Shown: in pieces, positions 1 through 13,906 of the stretch | How positions within the stretch are numbered: position 1 is the first letter of the stretch | How the letters are laid out: every line of letters starts with the position of its first letter | Source of the DNA: Guillardia theta CCMP2712 | Lineage: Eukaryota; Protista; Cryptophyta | DNA: 64,000 nucleotides | Reading direction: 5' to 3' | Assembly (NCBI RefSeq): GCF_000315625.1 | Contig: NW_005434658.1 | Span: 149,839-213,838 of the forward strand | Made by a program: the position numbers and the translations under genes | The notes under the pieces: model-generated | Told to the model about the DNA's origin: nothing | The model's input: the letters and a program-made list of their open reading frames with translations, nothing else | Databases searched by the model: none

Positions 1-1088
1 TCCATTCAATCGGCAAATCCTACACAAGTCATAGGATCTGTCTGATCAGACTCTCTGACTGACTCGATGTCACAGCAAACACTGCCATGAAGGCCACGGG
101 GTGGTGGCATTTCACAGCGTTTGCAAAACATAAAGGCGGAAGAAGGGGCTCATAACAAGACTTGTTCTTCATGTCTTCATCAGTTGTCAACATCAAGACC
201 CCCGCCAGGTAGGAGCGGGAAGGCAGGAGAAGCGACTGACATGTCTTGCTGTGTAGGGGGCTGGGGCAGCCCGCAAGGGGTGAAGGGAGTGGGGCTGAGG
301 CTGGAGCAGCCTACAAGGTTGATGCTGCGTAATCCTGATCGATGACTAGTGATGTGCGTTTCAAGCAGTCGAGTCATTACAATGGAGGCTCCCAGCAATC
401 AGCAGCAGCAGCAGGAGTGACAACAATAACGTCGACAGCAGCAGCAGCAGGTGCAGCAGCAGCAGGTGCAGCAGGAACATCGGCGGCAGCAGGGTCGAAG
501 GTGCCTGGGTCCACTGACAGGTACGACGTGAGATGTGGATCATGATCGCTGGTTTGTGCGGCTGTCTGAGACTTCACTCTGTTCTCCTCGTTGAGCTCCT
601 CTTGCAGTGAACTCTTGACATTCCTTTACTCGCAGCACGAGGAGCGAATTCCTGGGGGAGGCAATGGCGTTGGGAAGCTTGATTCAATCTAAGGTGAAGA
701 AGCAGCATCGGCAAAGATCTCGTCATCCCTTAAGAAGACCTTGTCTGTCTTGCCCTCACCTGTTGTCTTGCCTCCATCTTCTTCGTTCTACCTGTCCTCT
801 GTTTCGCACTTCTACCTGTCGAGGAACTTCTCCTCATGTTAACTTGTCCTTTCTCTCCTGTCAGGTCGTGGAAGCTATTTCACACATCTCTTTGAACCCC
901 GTCGCGAGCTCAAAAGGAACAGCGTCAGAGAGCTCGGAACAAGTTCGCCCAGACTGACCGCGTGATGTCCGACTTAGTATTTGAAATGCAGGCGCCTCGA
1001 AGCCTCGACATGCTCTTCCTTGCTCGTGGAAGCAAGTAAGAAACAGGAGGAGAAGGAGGAGGAGGAAGGAGCAGGAGCAGGTGCAGGT

Positions 1089-1138
<50 letters not shown>

Positions 1139-3490
1139 GGGAGCAGGAGCAGGAGCAGGAGCAGGAGCAAGAGCAGGAGCAGGAGGTGGTGGTGGTAGGT
1201 CGTGGTCTTGAGAGGAGGGGGAAGAAAGCCGTGGGATTCAAACTGACCCGATGCTTTCAGCAGTCAGAACTCCAAGACATGTCCAGGATCGACTCTTCCT
1301 GACGCTGATGTGATAGCTTACAGCTGTTGCTGGATCATTCCGCTAATCCGAATCGTGCTAATATACAGAACGGTTCCGATGATGGAAGTGCGTCCGCATG
1401 GAGCATGGACAGTGAAGCAAGCTCTGTGCAGCTGCTGGATGGGACGGATGCGATGGTAGTCATGCTGTCATTGATGTTGATCTTCCTTGCATGGTTGATG
1501 ATGCCGATCAGGATTTGTTTTTTTTTTTTGTTGATGTTGATGTTGATGTTGATGTTGATGTTGATGTTGATGTTGATGTTGATGTTGTTGTTGATGATGT
1601 TGATGTTGTTGTTGATGATGTTGATGTTGTTGTTGATGTTGATGTTGATGTTGTTGTTGATGATGTTGATGTTGTTGTTGATGATGTTGATGTTGTTGTT
1701 GNNNNNNNNNNNNNNNNNNNNNNNNNNNNNNNNNNNNNNNNNNNNNNNNNNNNNNNNNNNNNNNNNNNNNNNNNNNNNNNNNNNNNNNNNNNNNNNNNNN
1801 NCGGGGGGGGGTGGAGGAGGAGGCTGATACTTTGTGCAGCTGCACATTTTGTGAAGGATGCCTTGAGAATCTAATCAGAATCAGCGATGGAAGATGTTCT
1901 TCATGTCAACAGGTGGGAATGTCGTCATGTGCTGTGCTGATCCTTCACCTCTTCCTCCCTCACTCCCTTCTACGACTGCAATCATGAACTTGTCCTCTAC
2001 CATCAGGACCTCCCAAAGAAGATCGGCATGTGGGTCCCGAATCAAGAGATCATCGACGCGATCAGCAAATTTCAGAAGCAGGTGAGCGCGGCAGAGTTGA
2101 CTTGACGATGCTCAAGTTGCCCAGGGAGGGGAGGATGCCGAGTATGCGAACATGATCAACCAGATGAAGGAGAAGAAGAGGAGAGCGAAGTGAGTGTCAT
2201 GTTGTGCTCTAGAGCTGCTCTTTCTCCCCTTGCTGGGCTGCTGGTGGTCGCAGTCTGTTCTGACATGTTTTCGCGCATTCTCTCGTGCCTCACTTGTGTT
2301 TAGATATCCGATCCTCCGCATCTCTGAGTTCGATCTTGATCCGAAACCAATCGCGACGGGAGCGTACGGACAGGTGCGATCACTCGCTGGAAGGAGAAGA
2401 TATGAGAAGTTTCATCTGGTGGTGGTGGTGGTGGTGGTGGTGGTGGTAGTGGTGATGGTGGTGGTGGTGATGATGATGGTGACGATGATGGTGATGATGA
2501 TAGTGATGGTGAGAATGATGATAATGAAGGTTGTGATTGCGATGGAAATGTATTGATCACGATATCTTCAGGTCTTTCGTGGTGTATGGAAAGCGAACAA
2601 CAACGCCTCGATAGCCCTGAAAAAGATTTTCTTGTACGATCTCTACTCTTATTCATTCGTCCTCTCTACTTTGAGTTACCACAGTCCTTGCTCCTTCCAC
2701 TTTCTTACTCCTTTTTCCTGGTCCTCCACGTCTCCCCACTCCACCACTTCCTCCTTGCGTTCCTCCGCGTCTTTCTCCTTTGTTCTCATTCTCATTCTCT
2801 CCCTCTACCCCGAGCTTCAACAATTTCCTCCTGCCCTCGATGTTTTTGACTCTCACGCCAGGAACACAAGCACTCACTCTAGACAACAAGTTCTAGACAA
2901 CTTCAGGAAAGAATGCGAGGTATCCCTGTTACCTTCTTGCTATCTTTTCCTCCTCTCACTCGTTCTTTCTCTTGCCCTCATCAAACATTTGATACTCTTA
3001 TTTCGTATTTTACTCCTCTTGCTCCCTGGCTGCCTCTCGCCCTCCCTCCTCCCTCCTCCTTCTCTCTTTCGCCTCTCTCTCACGCCCCCGCAGGTTCTCG
3101 CCATGCTTGATCACCCGCATGTCCTGCGCCTCTACGGGGCTGTCGACGACGACGAGAACGTCTGCATCGTCACTGAGCTTGTTCCCGGCGGATCTCTCTT
3201 CGACCTTATCCATACCAAGCCCCTCCTCCGCCCTGTGAGCCTGCGCTTTCTCTTTCCGCTTTTTCTTCCTCCCCTCTTCCCTCCCCCTTCTTCTCCAGCT
3301 TCCCCCGCCTCTCCATCGCCCATCCGCCACCTCTCTGCTCTGCTCCTCGTCCTCTACCACCTGGATCTTCACTCTTCCTCTACCACCTTCCTCCTCACTC
3401 TCCTCTCCTCCTCTCCTCACAGCCTTGCAGGAGGCGGTCATCGTGATAGGAGGAGGCGTCTGCAAGGGTATGACTTACCTTCACTCCATG

Positions 3491-3523
<33 letters not shown>

Positions 3524-6481
3524 CTCTTGATGGCTGCCGTCCAGTCTCCTGCTGGACCCCAGCTTGTGGTCAAGGTCGCAGACTTCGGGTTGGCTCGGGT
3601 CCAGGTTGCCATGATTTCCCTGCTCCTTTCCACCTGCCCCTCTTCTGTGACCCCCCCAGCTACCCTCCTGCTCCCCCTTAGCTGCTCCTCTGGTCTCTCT
3701 CAGCTGCCCCTGTGCTCTTTCCCAGCTGCGCCTTCCCTTTCATTCACTCTGACTTGTTCTCATCTTTGCCTCAGGACTCGACGAGGACGATGACGGGAGG
3801 CATCGGGACCTCCCAGTACACGGCCCCAGAGGTGAGGGAGGAAAAGAGGGGGCAGGCAGGAGGCAGGCAGGAGCTGGGAGAGGAACAAGCATAGGAGGCG
3901 CAGGAGGAAAGAGGTAGAGGTCGCAGGGTAGGAGGGATGACTGATGGTGACTTGGGAGGAGAGATGGAGAAGGATACTGAGGAGGAAGGAGATGGAGCAG
4001 GAGAGAGAGAAGAAGCTTGAGTAAGAGCTGGGAAGGTCTGGGAGGGAAAGAAGGAGGAAGGAGGGGGAGGACAGCGGTGATCAGGACGGGCAGGTGCTGA
4101 GGAGCGAGAGGTACGACAGCAAGGTGGACGTTTACAGCTTCGGCATCATCCTCTGGGAGATTCACGCGAAGAGGCTTCCTTACAGCGACATGAACCAGAT
4201 GCAGATAGCCGTCGCTGTTGCTACCCAGGTACTGTCCTCCTCCTCCTCCTCTTCCTCTTTCTCCTNNNNNNNNNNNNNNNNNNNNNNNNNNNNNNNNNNN
4301 NNNNNNNNNNNNNNNNNNNNNNNNNNNNNNNNNNNNNNNNNNNNNNNNNNNNNNNNNNNNNNNNNTCCTTCTCTCCCTGTCTCAATCCTCCTCCTCCTCC
4401 TCCTATCTCGTTTGCTGGCAGCGAAGAACTCTCAGGATTTCTCACACTACCTGCAGAACCATCGTCCTCCTCCTCCCCCCAACTGCCCTGCTCCTTTCTG
4501 GCAGCTCATGCAGAGCTGTTGGAACTCCAGACCTGCAGAGAGACCGTCTTTCCCAGAGGTTCCTCCTCCTCCGCGATCATCACACGGCACACGTTTCCTT
4601 CTTCCTCCTCCTCCATCTTCTCCTGCAACTTTCCATCCGCTCCTTTGCTTCCTCGATCTCTTCCCTGCCAGCTTCTGAGTCTCAAGCAGGTGCTCTGTCA
4701 ACTGGAGGACATGCAGTTTGTGTTCAATCTTGTAGCATCCACAAGGAACACTCAGCAGCATTCTGAGAGCTACGTGAGTTTCTCCGCCTCCTCCTCCTCC
4801 TCCTCCTCCTCGTCCTCGTCCTCCTCGTCCTCGTCCTCCTCGTCCTCGTCCTCCTCCCTCGCCTTCTCTTCATCTGTGTGCTATCACATCACAAATTTCT
4901 TTCTCTCTGCCCCCTTGTCTCGCTCCCTCTGCTCATCCTGCAGCAGGGAGGAGGTGACGGTCAGGGCTCGTTCGCTCGCACGCTCAACGGGGGAAACGAG
5001 AATGGTGGAGGAGAGGGAGATGCGATGCCCATCAGTGGAGGTGAGGGGCGGGTAGGAGGAGGGAGGGGGCGGAGAGGAGGAGGGATGGGGTGGGAAGGAG
5101 GAGGGAAGGGGCGGAGAGGAGGAGGGATGGGGTGGGAAGGAGGAGGGAAGGGGCGGAGAGAGGGAGGCGGGGATGGTCGGAGGGAGGAGAGAGAGGTGGA
5201 GGACAACAGGAGGGTTGTGAGGGAGGGAATGGGGGATATTTTCCCTTGACAGAGGGGGGGTGGGGGTGGGGGTGCAGGAGAAGGTTTGACTCGGCGGCCT
5301 GTAGAGCACTCGGCACTGCTGGAGGAGCAGGTGGAGGCAGCTGAGCGGAGGGTCTTGCGAGTGCCGGGGCAGTACAGCAGCATCAGCGAGGCCGTGAGGA
5401 GCGCGCGAGCAGACGATCGTGTGCTGATCTCCCCCGGGCACTACCGAGAGTCTGTGGAGATTCCAGCTGACCTGGTGCTGGAGATCGTGGGGGACGCGGA
5501 CCTTCAGGGGCTGCTGCTGGAGGGGGTGGAGGGACGTCCTGTCTTCACTCAGGTCGGGGGCTTCGTGAGGGTCAGCAAGCTAGCGATGAAGAGCTCGGGG
5601 CCAGCTGTGCTAGCTGCAGTGAGATGCTCCTCCTCCACCACCACCTCCACCTCCACGACAACCTCCTCCTCCACCTTCTCCTACTCCTACTCCTCCTCCT
5701 CCTCCCCACTCTCTTCCTCCCTCCTTGCTAGTCGTTTCTTCCTCATTCAAACGCTGATCGAGGTAGCAGAAGAATTCGATGATGGTGATTGAGGATTGCT
5801 TCATGAGTGGAGCACAGTACGGGCTCCTGGCACTAGAGGTAATTCGTCGCTCCTCCTCTTCTCCCTTCTCCCTGATCATTCCTTTGCTCTCCTCTCTTAT
5901 TCTTCTCCTCACGATCCTTTTCGCCCCGACCCCTCTCCCTCCTCTCCCTCCTCTCCCTCCTCTTCCTCCTCTCATCTCCTTGCAGGGAGGAGAGGTCACT
6001 ATTCGTCGCTCAGTCTTCTGCCGCTGCCGCGAGCATGGCGTCTTCCTCGGCGCGGGAGTTCGCGCTATCATGGAGTCCAGCAGCGTCTTCGAGAACGGCA
6101 GCCATGGGGTGCTGGCAGCGAAGCCCGACTGCTCGCTGCACGTGACGAGGAGCAAGCTGTCGTTCAATGCAGGAGGTGAGGGAAGAGAGAGAGAGAGGAG
6201 GGGCGAGGGAGGAAGGAGGGGCGGTGAGGGGCGAGGAGATGGAGGAGAGGAAGAAGCAGGAGGACGGGGGGGCATATGACTTGCTGGGCTGCAGCTGGGA
6301 TATTCATAGACAACGGAGGTGGAGGGCTGGTGGAGGACAACGACCTGAGAAACAACACGAAGGTGACGATTTGACGTCCACTGCAGGGCTTGACGATCTT
6401 GACGTGTTATTTTTTCAGGGCCCTCTTGTCGTCGGCGTGTCTTCAGTTGGTTCGGTCGTCTTGGGATCAAACCTGACATGA
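1..6481 (+). CDS. Multi-exon ankyrin-repeat / TKL-type protein kinase / C-terminal right-handed beta-helix protein (5' end probably outside window)
   Basis: Spliced exons give ankyrin-like [13 protein letters not shown] (~1320-1370). Kinase motifs: IATGAYGQ|[52 protein letters not shown] (2304-4558). Then [21 protein letters not shown] and beta-helix repeats ([35 protein letters not shown]), with stop at 6481. Confidence 0.9.
1702..1801. other. Assembly gap (100 N); others at 4266-4365 and 42569-42668
   Basis: N runs lying within low-complexity intronic repeats. Confidence 0.99.
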
Positions 6482-6614
6482 GGATGTTGACCAGGAGAAG
6501 GAGCAGGAGCAGGAGAAGGAGAAGGAGAAGGAGAAGGAGAAGGAGAAGGAGAAGGAGCAGAAGGGTATGTCTGGTGAATAGGAGGACGAAGGGAGGAGGC
6601 GGAGGATCGCAACT

Positions 6615-9600
6615 TTATTCTTGTGTGTTTGGCATTTCAAAGGTCTTGTATAAAAATTGATAGGCGAGGAGGTTGAGGAAAGCGCGTTGTCTGCTGTCTG
6701 CCGCTCCTCCATGGCCGCCCTCGATGTTCTCGTAGTAGTGGACGCCTGCTGGAAGTTAGCTGGGAAGACAGCGAGGAGGGAGGAGAGGAAGAGGAGCATG
6801 GAGGACAGGGAGGGCTGAAGGAGGAGGGGAGGGAGGGAGGGAAAGAGAGCAAGGAGGAGCAGGAAGCGGTTGCTGAGGGGAGGATGGAGCTGCGCGCGGA
6901 CAAGCAGGGAAGGGGAGGAGCTCACGGGAATGCCCAGCTGAAAGAAGGTTGGCGACCATCCTCCTCGCATGCCCCGGATGCACGCGGTCGTCTCGAGTGC
7001 TGGTAGTGAAGAGAGCAGGAGGGTAGCGGGCGCTGCTGGAGACCTGGTGGTAGGGGGAGATGTCCTGCAGGATGTGAGGCGCGGGAGACAAGGAGGTGGC
7101 AGGAGGGGAAGGGGAGGAGCTCGCGATACTGAAGACAGGAAGAAGGGAGGAAGAGGAGGAAGGATTGCGAGGGAGTTGGAGGAGGACGCCGAAGACATAG
7201 TAGGCAGGAGTCGATATGAAGATAACGAGGAAGATGGAGAGGAAGAGGAGAGGTTGAGGACAGGAAAGAGGGAGAAGAGGGAGAGGAGGGATGGGTGGAG
7301 GGAGGGAGGGAGTCGCGTGCGGGCACCTTGAGGTACTTCCAGTCCTCTCCGTCCGGGTCGCCGTACTCGTCCATCCAGGATGCGCCAGCAAGGAGCTTGT
7401 GGTAGCGGCGGAGGTCGAGGAGTGGAACAGAGCAGATGACAGCTCCGAAGAGGTCAGGACGCTGCGTGAGAGCGTTGCCGACCTGAGGACGATGGTCAGG
7501 GAGAGAAGGATAAGAGGGGAGAGGCGGAGGTGGAAGAGAATAAGTTGGAGGAGCAGGAAGGGGAGGAGGAGGAGGAGCAGGAGGGAGAGGAGGAGGGAGC
7601 AGGAGCAGGAGCAGGAGCAGAAGGAGGGGATGACTATGACATGAATGGTACCAGCAATCCTCCGTTGGATCCACCTTTGCATGCAAGCAGCTCTGGCCTG
7701 GTCACGTTCTGCTTGCTCGTAAGCTTCATATAAACCCTCTGTGTCTCCCTCCCGCATTCCTCTTCCTTCTTGTCTCTCCCTCCCTTCTCTCTCCTTTCTT
7801 CGCTCCTCTCCACTCTTCTGCTGTCTCATTCCCTCCCTCTTCCTGCTCCTCCTGCTCCTCCTTTCCTCTTCTCACCATCGCCACAAGCTCTTCTGCCACA
7901 GCAAAGAAATCTTCGTATGCTCGCTGTCGCTTCTCCCGCATGGCTGCTCGATGCCAGGCAGGGCCGAACTCTCCTCCTCCTCGGATGTTCGCAACCACGT
8001 ACGCTCCTCCTTGCTCCAGCCATGCCGCGCCCACATCTGCCTGATAGTTCGGGAGCATAGAGACTTGGAAGCCTCCGTAGCCGTAGAGGATGGTGGGACG
8101 AGGAGGAGGAGGAGAGGAGGAGGAGGAGGAGGAGGAGGAGGAGGACGCAGGAAGATCTCTGGCGATGAGGAAAAAGGGTACGCGAGTTCCGTCCTTGGAG
8201 GTGGCAAAGTGCTGGGTGACCTTCATGTCACGATGTTGGAACATGTGGGGAAGACGTTTGACAACGAAAGCCTCGTCGAAGAAACTGAAAGAGGAGACAG
8301 AAAGAGGGAGAGAGGAGGAAGCAGGAGAATGAGGAACAGGAACAGGGGAGCAGGAGGGAGAGCAGGCAGAAGAGAAAGTGATGGAGAAGGACAAGGAAGA
8401 GGAGGCAGAGGAGGCCGATAATGAACAAGAGGAGGGGGGGGGGGGAGAGGCGACAAGGTCAGAGTCTCAGTTGAACGCAGTTGTCCTCCCCTCCCCTCAC
8501 CTGGTTTTTGACGACAGCAGGTCGTTCACGTGCAGGAGGGAGAGCGAGGTGGGCTCGATGTAGGAGGACCGAGTCAACCAGACCTGATCCTCGTCTTCTC
8601 CCTCCACTGCCATGACGTTGATGGTTGAGATGTCGGGAGATGACTGATGTAGCTCGCACACCCATCCGTCCTGCTCGCAAGCGACAACAGTTCAGAAAGA
8701 GAGAGGGGGGAGGGAAGGGCGCTAGCAAGGACAAGGAAGCGAGCGAGCGAGGTAGGAAGGGAGAGAGGAAGGGAGGGAGGGAGGGAGGGAGGGAGGGAGG
8801 GAGTGAGGGAGCGGGCGGACGGATGGACGGATGGAGGGAGGGAGGGAGGGAGGGAGGGAGGGAGGGAGGGAGGGAGGGAGAAGAAGGCAGCTCCTTCAGA
8901 TGAGGACCAACGAGCAGTAGGATCTCCCCGAATCCCTCCTCTCTCCCTCCTCACCTCCTGCATCTTCCATATCCTTAGGGAGCTCTTGACTTGATCGAGG
9001 AGGGTGAGGACGAGGAAGCCCTTGGTCTTGCACCAGCCTTGCAGGAACGTCGTGTCGCTCGGCTCAAACAGCAGCGTGAATTCACTCCGCTGCGGCTCCT
9101 GCAGGAAACTTTCCAGCTGCACCGCCACCAGCGATCCCTGCTTGAACTTGTACCGCCCAACCTCCCAGTCGTCCTTGACCAGCACCAGCAGGAACGAGCC
9201 GATGCAGGATACAGAAGCGGTCTCTGGTACCTCCAGCATAGTCCACCCCTCCTCCTCCTCCTCCTCCCCCTTCCCTCCCTCCTTGCTGTCTCCTCGCATC
9301 CTCCTTACGTATCTGACGGAGGAAAAGAAGCTCTTCTGACATACCCGCCACTCCAACCTTCTCTCCCCGTGTCTGGTCACGTAGGAGGAAGCCGAGACGC
9401 TGCTGTCCTCCACCTCGAACACCACCCTTGCCTCCTCCAGCCGCTCTCCCCTTCTCCACCTCCGAATCTGCGCAGGGTACCCGCTGCGAGTGACGGACCG
9501 TTCTCCTACTTGAGTCCCGATGAGCAACGTGTCCTCATCAACATGCGACAGGTACGTCTTCCCGCTCCCCACAAAAAAGCCTCCTTCCTCGGGGCGAACG

Positions 9601-10532
9601 AACCTCCTCCTCCTCATATCAAACTCTCTCACCTCTACCGCGTCTGTTCCTCCTAGCGACAACTTAACGATCACACGCTCGCTCTCCCTCCCTCCCCCAA
9701 GATCTGCAACCTGCGTCCCCCGCCACACCCAGGACTTGTTCTCCTCCTTGCAAAGCTGGTCTAAGTCGATTAACGTCTCCCACTCCGGGGCATCCTCCTT
9801 GTATCCGTCCACGCTCACCCTCCTCCAGACTCCTCGCACGTTCTTCTCGTCCCTCCAGAAGTTGTAGAGGAAGTTTCCTCGTTTGCTCGCGTAAGGGATG
9901 TTGTCTTTGCTTTCATAGATTGACATCAGACGGTCAAACAGAGGTTGATTCGTCTCTTTCACAAACTGCTCCATCGTCTCCTCGTTCCGCTTCCTCACCT
10001 GGGCAACCACCAGTGTCAAGTTCGTGTCCATCATTATCATCATGACCATCATCATCATCATCATCACCACCACCACCACCACCATCGCCATGCAGTGCAG
10101 TGCAGTGCAGTAGATGTTCATTACCCATGCCATGGCTTGCTCAGAAGAGATCTCCTCCAGCCACAAGTCGTCTGCTGTCCTCACAGGAACGCTGCTCGAC
10201 ATCCTCGAGCTCTGCAGGGAGGGCAGGAAGATCCTCTCCTTGAGCTTCAGCTTCAGCGGGAGTGCACGAGTCGCCCTCGCCCTCTGCTGCAAGGGAGTTT
10301 GAAGGCTGCGACCCGGCATGAAGTGCATGGTGGAGGTCTTGGAGGACATGAGCATGTTCATGGGGAGCTGAAAGAGCATGGTGTCTCTGCGAACAAACTC
10401 GTCCATGTCCAACTTAGGCAGCTTCCCGAGCTCCAGGAAGACCTCTCCTTCGGACCAGGTGGACTCTAGGAGGAGGGCGACGCATAAAGCGCGCATACCC
10501 GTACGAGCCGTCCGGGAGCTGATCACAGACAT
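6615..10532 (-). CDS. Prolyl oligopeptidase (peptidase S9A), multi-exon
   Basis: DLWLEEI, YNFWRDEKNVRGVWRR, TSKDGTRVPFF, YGYGGF, ANIRGGGEFGPAWH, nucleophile GGSNGGLL (~7650-7680), DDRVHPGH and His motif EGGHG. Stop TAA at 6615-6617. Confidence 0.95.
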
Positions 10533-11744
10533 GTTCTACAGGAAGCAGAGCAGCGAGTCTGCTAGTCAAGAAGTCAGGCAGTTGTACATGAAAAATAAGG
10601 CAACGAAGCCTCCAAGTAAGTCCAACGACCCATTCGAACCTTGTGACAAAACTTCCAACCTTTCTGTCCCCTCATCCTCTCTTCTACTCTTCATCTCCAT
10701 TCCCGTCTTCCCTTCATCAGAAACCTTCCTCTTTCGATAATCTCTACCTTCCTCGTTCGATCTTCTCTACCTTCCTCGTTCGATCATCTCTACCTCCTTC
10801 TCCTCCCCTCAGTTTTCTCTCCACCTCGCCATTTCCCCAGGGACCCTGCAAGAGCCTTTCGGCCCCCCGGAATCCTGTAAAAGTGTTGGCTAAAATCTTT
10901 ACTCACCACCACGGATCCTTCCGGGCAAGGAGAATTTCAGATAATTTCGGAACCGTTGCCACTCAGTGACTCGGTCACCGGGGCGGCGTGACGTCGCCGG
11001 GCCCGGAGAGCCCCGGCTCGGAGTGGCGACTTGAATCAGTGATCGGACCCTGACCGACAAGTCACGACTGAGCCCGGCGGCTCAGCAGCCGCCGCGTGAC
11101 TGCGCTGCGGCTACCGTACTGAGCACTGCCGGCGTAGTGCGGCCGCGCGGCAGCCTCGGATAAGATTCAGTCACGGCGCCGCGCCACCGTTCGCTGATCG
11201 AGCCTGCGGCCATTGAACGACTAGCCTGCCGGAAGTTCACCAGTACACCGTCGTCCCGGGTTCGCCGGGACGCCGTTGGAAGCGGCCTGCCAGGCTGCCT
11301 GCCAGCTGACACACGGTGACTCTGTGAGTCGGACGGACCGTACGGTGCCTCAGTGCCGCGCCCCGTGCGTCGGATCGGCCCGGGCCGCCGGACCGACCGG
11401 GGCCGTGCCGTACCGGCGGCGCAGTATCATTCGCCTGTCAATGATTGACTCGATCCGATCGGGTCACCTACGAGAATGCCAGGGCTGGTCTATCACGGAC
11501 TGTCACAAGTTCAATGGAGAGGTGACCGTCAACGGGCCGAAATCACGAACTTCGGAACTTCGGAACTTCGGAAGGTAGAGTCAGCTAGTCTGGCACTGAG
11601 ATCGATCAATCCGATCTAGTTGCGAATGAAGAGCGTCTGCTGATCTGACTCATTCTATTGTTGTAACTTGGATAATTGACATGGGAGAGTGCTAGAGCGA
11701 ACACGGGAAAGATCATTCAAACTATTTCGATGCCGCGATGGCCT

Positions 11745-12257
11745 CTAGCAGGATATCCAACGTCTCTGGAGGAGGCAGAAGCATGTCATCACAAAGTCAC
11801 AGCAAGGAGACATGTCACCTTTCTCTGAAATGAAGCGAGCCATGTGAGTGAGCCTCTGCTGTGGGGCGTTGTGAGGAGACGACTTTGTCGTTTCTGGTGC
11901 TTTGGTGTTGGCTATTCGAGCCACGAGGTTGGAGTATGAACCGCAAATCGACCACCTCCTCTGCTTCCCCTTCATGTTCGATTCTTCTCCAGGAAGATGA
12001 ATTACTGACCCTCCTCTTGGCCGGCATTGCTGAGTATTGAAACTCTCTGGCCGACTGTCACTTGCAGAAAAACTCTCAGGCTGCGATGCAACGTTGCCAT
12101 GCGCTCCGTCTTCTGGCAGGTATTCTGCTATGTTGAGGTTTGGAGGCCATTCAAATACATGCATCGCTCGCGATGTGCACGGATCAATCAAGACCATGTC
12201 TGAATCAACGCTCAATCTCTTTGACGACTTCCATTCCACCATCTCTGCCGCACTCAT
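11745..12257 (-). CDS. Hypothetical protein (~170 aa, 3' end may be spliced)
   Basis: ATG-initiated ORF of ordinary complexity downstream of a promoter-like tract; no recognisable domain. Confidence 0.4.
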   Translation of the reverse strand: MSAAEMVEWKSSKRLSVDSDMVLIDPCTSRAMHVFEWPPNLNIAEYLPEDGAHGNVASQPESFSASDSRPESFNTQQCRPRGGSVIHLPGEESNMKGKQRRWSICGSYSNLVARIANTKAPETTKSSPHNAPQQRLTHMARFISEKGDMSPCCDFVMTCFCLLQRRWISC

Positions 12258-13906
12258 ATGATACCTCCCTTCTCTCTTGCTGGTGATTTTCTTATCCTCC
12301 TGCCTTCTTTCAATCCATCAGTCACTTGTCACTTGGTACTTCTCCTGCGCATGATGGGCGTTCATCTCTTGTCAACTGTGCATGCTCCGCTCAGCCCTTG
12401 TACGATCGGGTGCGCGGTTTCGCTACAAAGCCATCAAAATGCACTTCGACCAAAAAAATGTACTACCACCGACCCCCAGCCGGTTCTCGGTAAAGGTGAC
12501 CGTTCTCGGAATTCAAGTGCTTCAAGGGTGGGTACTTCACTTAATATCTGAATAGTCTTTTGATGGGTCCCAGGGTGGGTCCCAAGAGAGCGGGTAGGGT
12601 ACTTGTTAAGACCGGTTATACTACCCACCCCTCTTAAAATCATATCTTTACTCGCCGCATGAGTCAACGAGGACCAGTCTGGTACTAAATATTTACTCAA
12701 GTCGGATAATTCCGCTCCCGACCCCGATTCCGATAGTGACCCGTTTTTACTCAAAGTGACCCGTACTACCGTACACTATTGAGATATGACTCTTCATCCC
12801 CCTCATTCCTCTACTACCGTACTGTACTAGCGCCTACTCGGCAGCCTACTCGGAGGCCGGCGGCCGCGCGCGGTAAGCCCGTCAGTCACGGTATGACTCG
12901 GACTCGGGGGCCCCGGACAAGTTACTAAGTTAACAATGTCAGGCCCGGGAGCTGAGCCTCGGAGGCCCAGCCGCGCAGTTCCGGAGTGACTCGCCGGATC
13001 GGACCGGCGGCACTGCACCGGCGGCACCGTCCGACGGCCACGGTCACCGTCGGACGGTGCCACGGTGCCACGGTGACGGTGCCGACCGTGGCACCCGAAA
13101 GTTCTCACACTGGCTGAGGCTACTGAGACGGCAACTTATATGATAGTTACGACGGTCTGGCGGGCGGGCCCCCGCGCCGACTCGGAGACTCACTGGCTCA
13201 GACTCAGTACACGGTACTCCGAGTCTTCCCTGCCCCGTAACTTGTCGACGGTCACAGTGCAGCCTGACGGTGTTTAACTGATTCAAGTAAGCTTTCAGAC
13301 GGTGCTGAGTAAACTTTAGTAAGTTCAGGGGACCGGGAGTTCAGGGGAGTGCTGGGCGGTGGCCGCGCCCGCCATGTCCGTGCGGTCGAAACTTGAAAAC
13401 TGTACGGTCACCACTCCGACAGTAGCCCAGCAGCCGGGCAGGCTAGGCACTAGCCGATCGCACTGGCGGTACCGTCGCTAATGTATCAAAGTACGATGTT
13501 GACAGTCACCTCATTATCTCGGCCGCATGTCTTGCATGGGTAGATTTCTGTGAGTGAACGCCTGGCAGTGCGATGCCATGATGGGAGTTGGACCCACTCT
13601 AACCGCCGAACTTCGCAGTGATGGTTGTAATTTGCGACAAGAACCCCGAAGGTTCACACAGTTCACTTCAAGTTTCAACTATCTTGTCAGATACTATTCT
13701 ACAAAGAAGGATACGGACAGGGGCTGCCATGCTGTCTGTCATAGACATCATGAGCTTGATATCATCATCCTCTTCTACCATGATGCAGCTTCCATCATCC
13801 TGCTCCTCCTCTCCTGTGCACTCACGGGTGCTGCATCTATCCTGCAGTCGCATGTTGTGAGCGCCCCGCATGCTGTACCCATTCTGGATAAGGTGAAACC
13901 CTGCCT

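Noticed and set aside
861-1874. Poly-Q/L/GA/ER-type ORFs here and at 24.4-25.1, 42.0-42.3, 51.4-52.3 and 61.7-62.1 kb
   Set aside because: Artefacts of stop-free microsatellites in introns or intergenic DNA.
10741-10800. 23-bp tandem repeat (x2.5); also a 39-bp repeat at ~5065-5160
   Set aside because: Simple local duplications without spacers; not CRISPR-like. No rRNA, tRNA or CRISPR array was recognised in the window.
11547-11573. (GAACTTCG)x3 as a heat-shock element
   Set aside because: GAA/TTC spacing is 1 nt, not the nGAAnnTTCn pattern.
11082-11578. Arg/Pro/Gly-rich ORFs in GC islands (also 12.8, 24.0, 25.9, 36.3 and 48.8 kb)
   Set aside because: Expected by chance in very GC-rich DNA; no motifs or splice structure.
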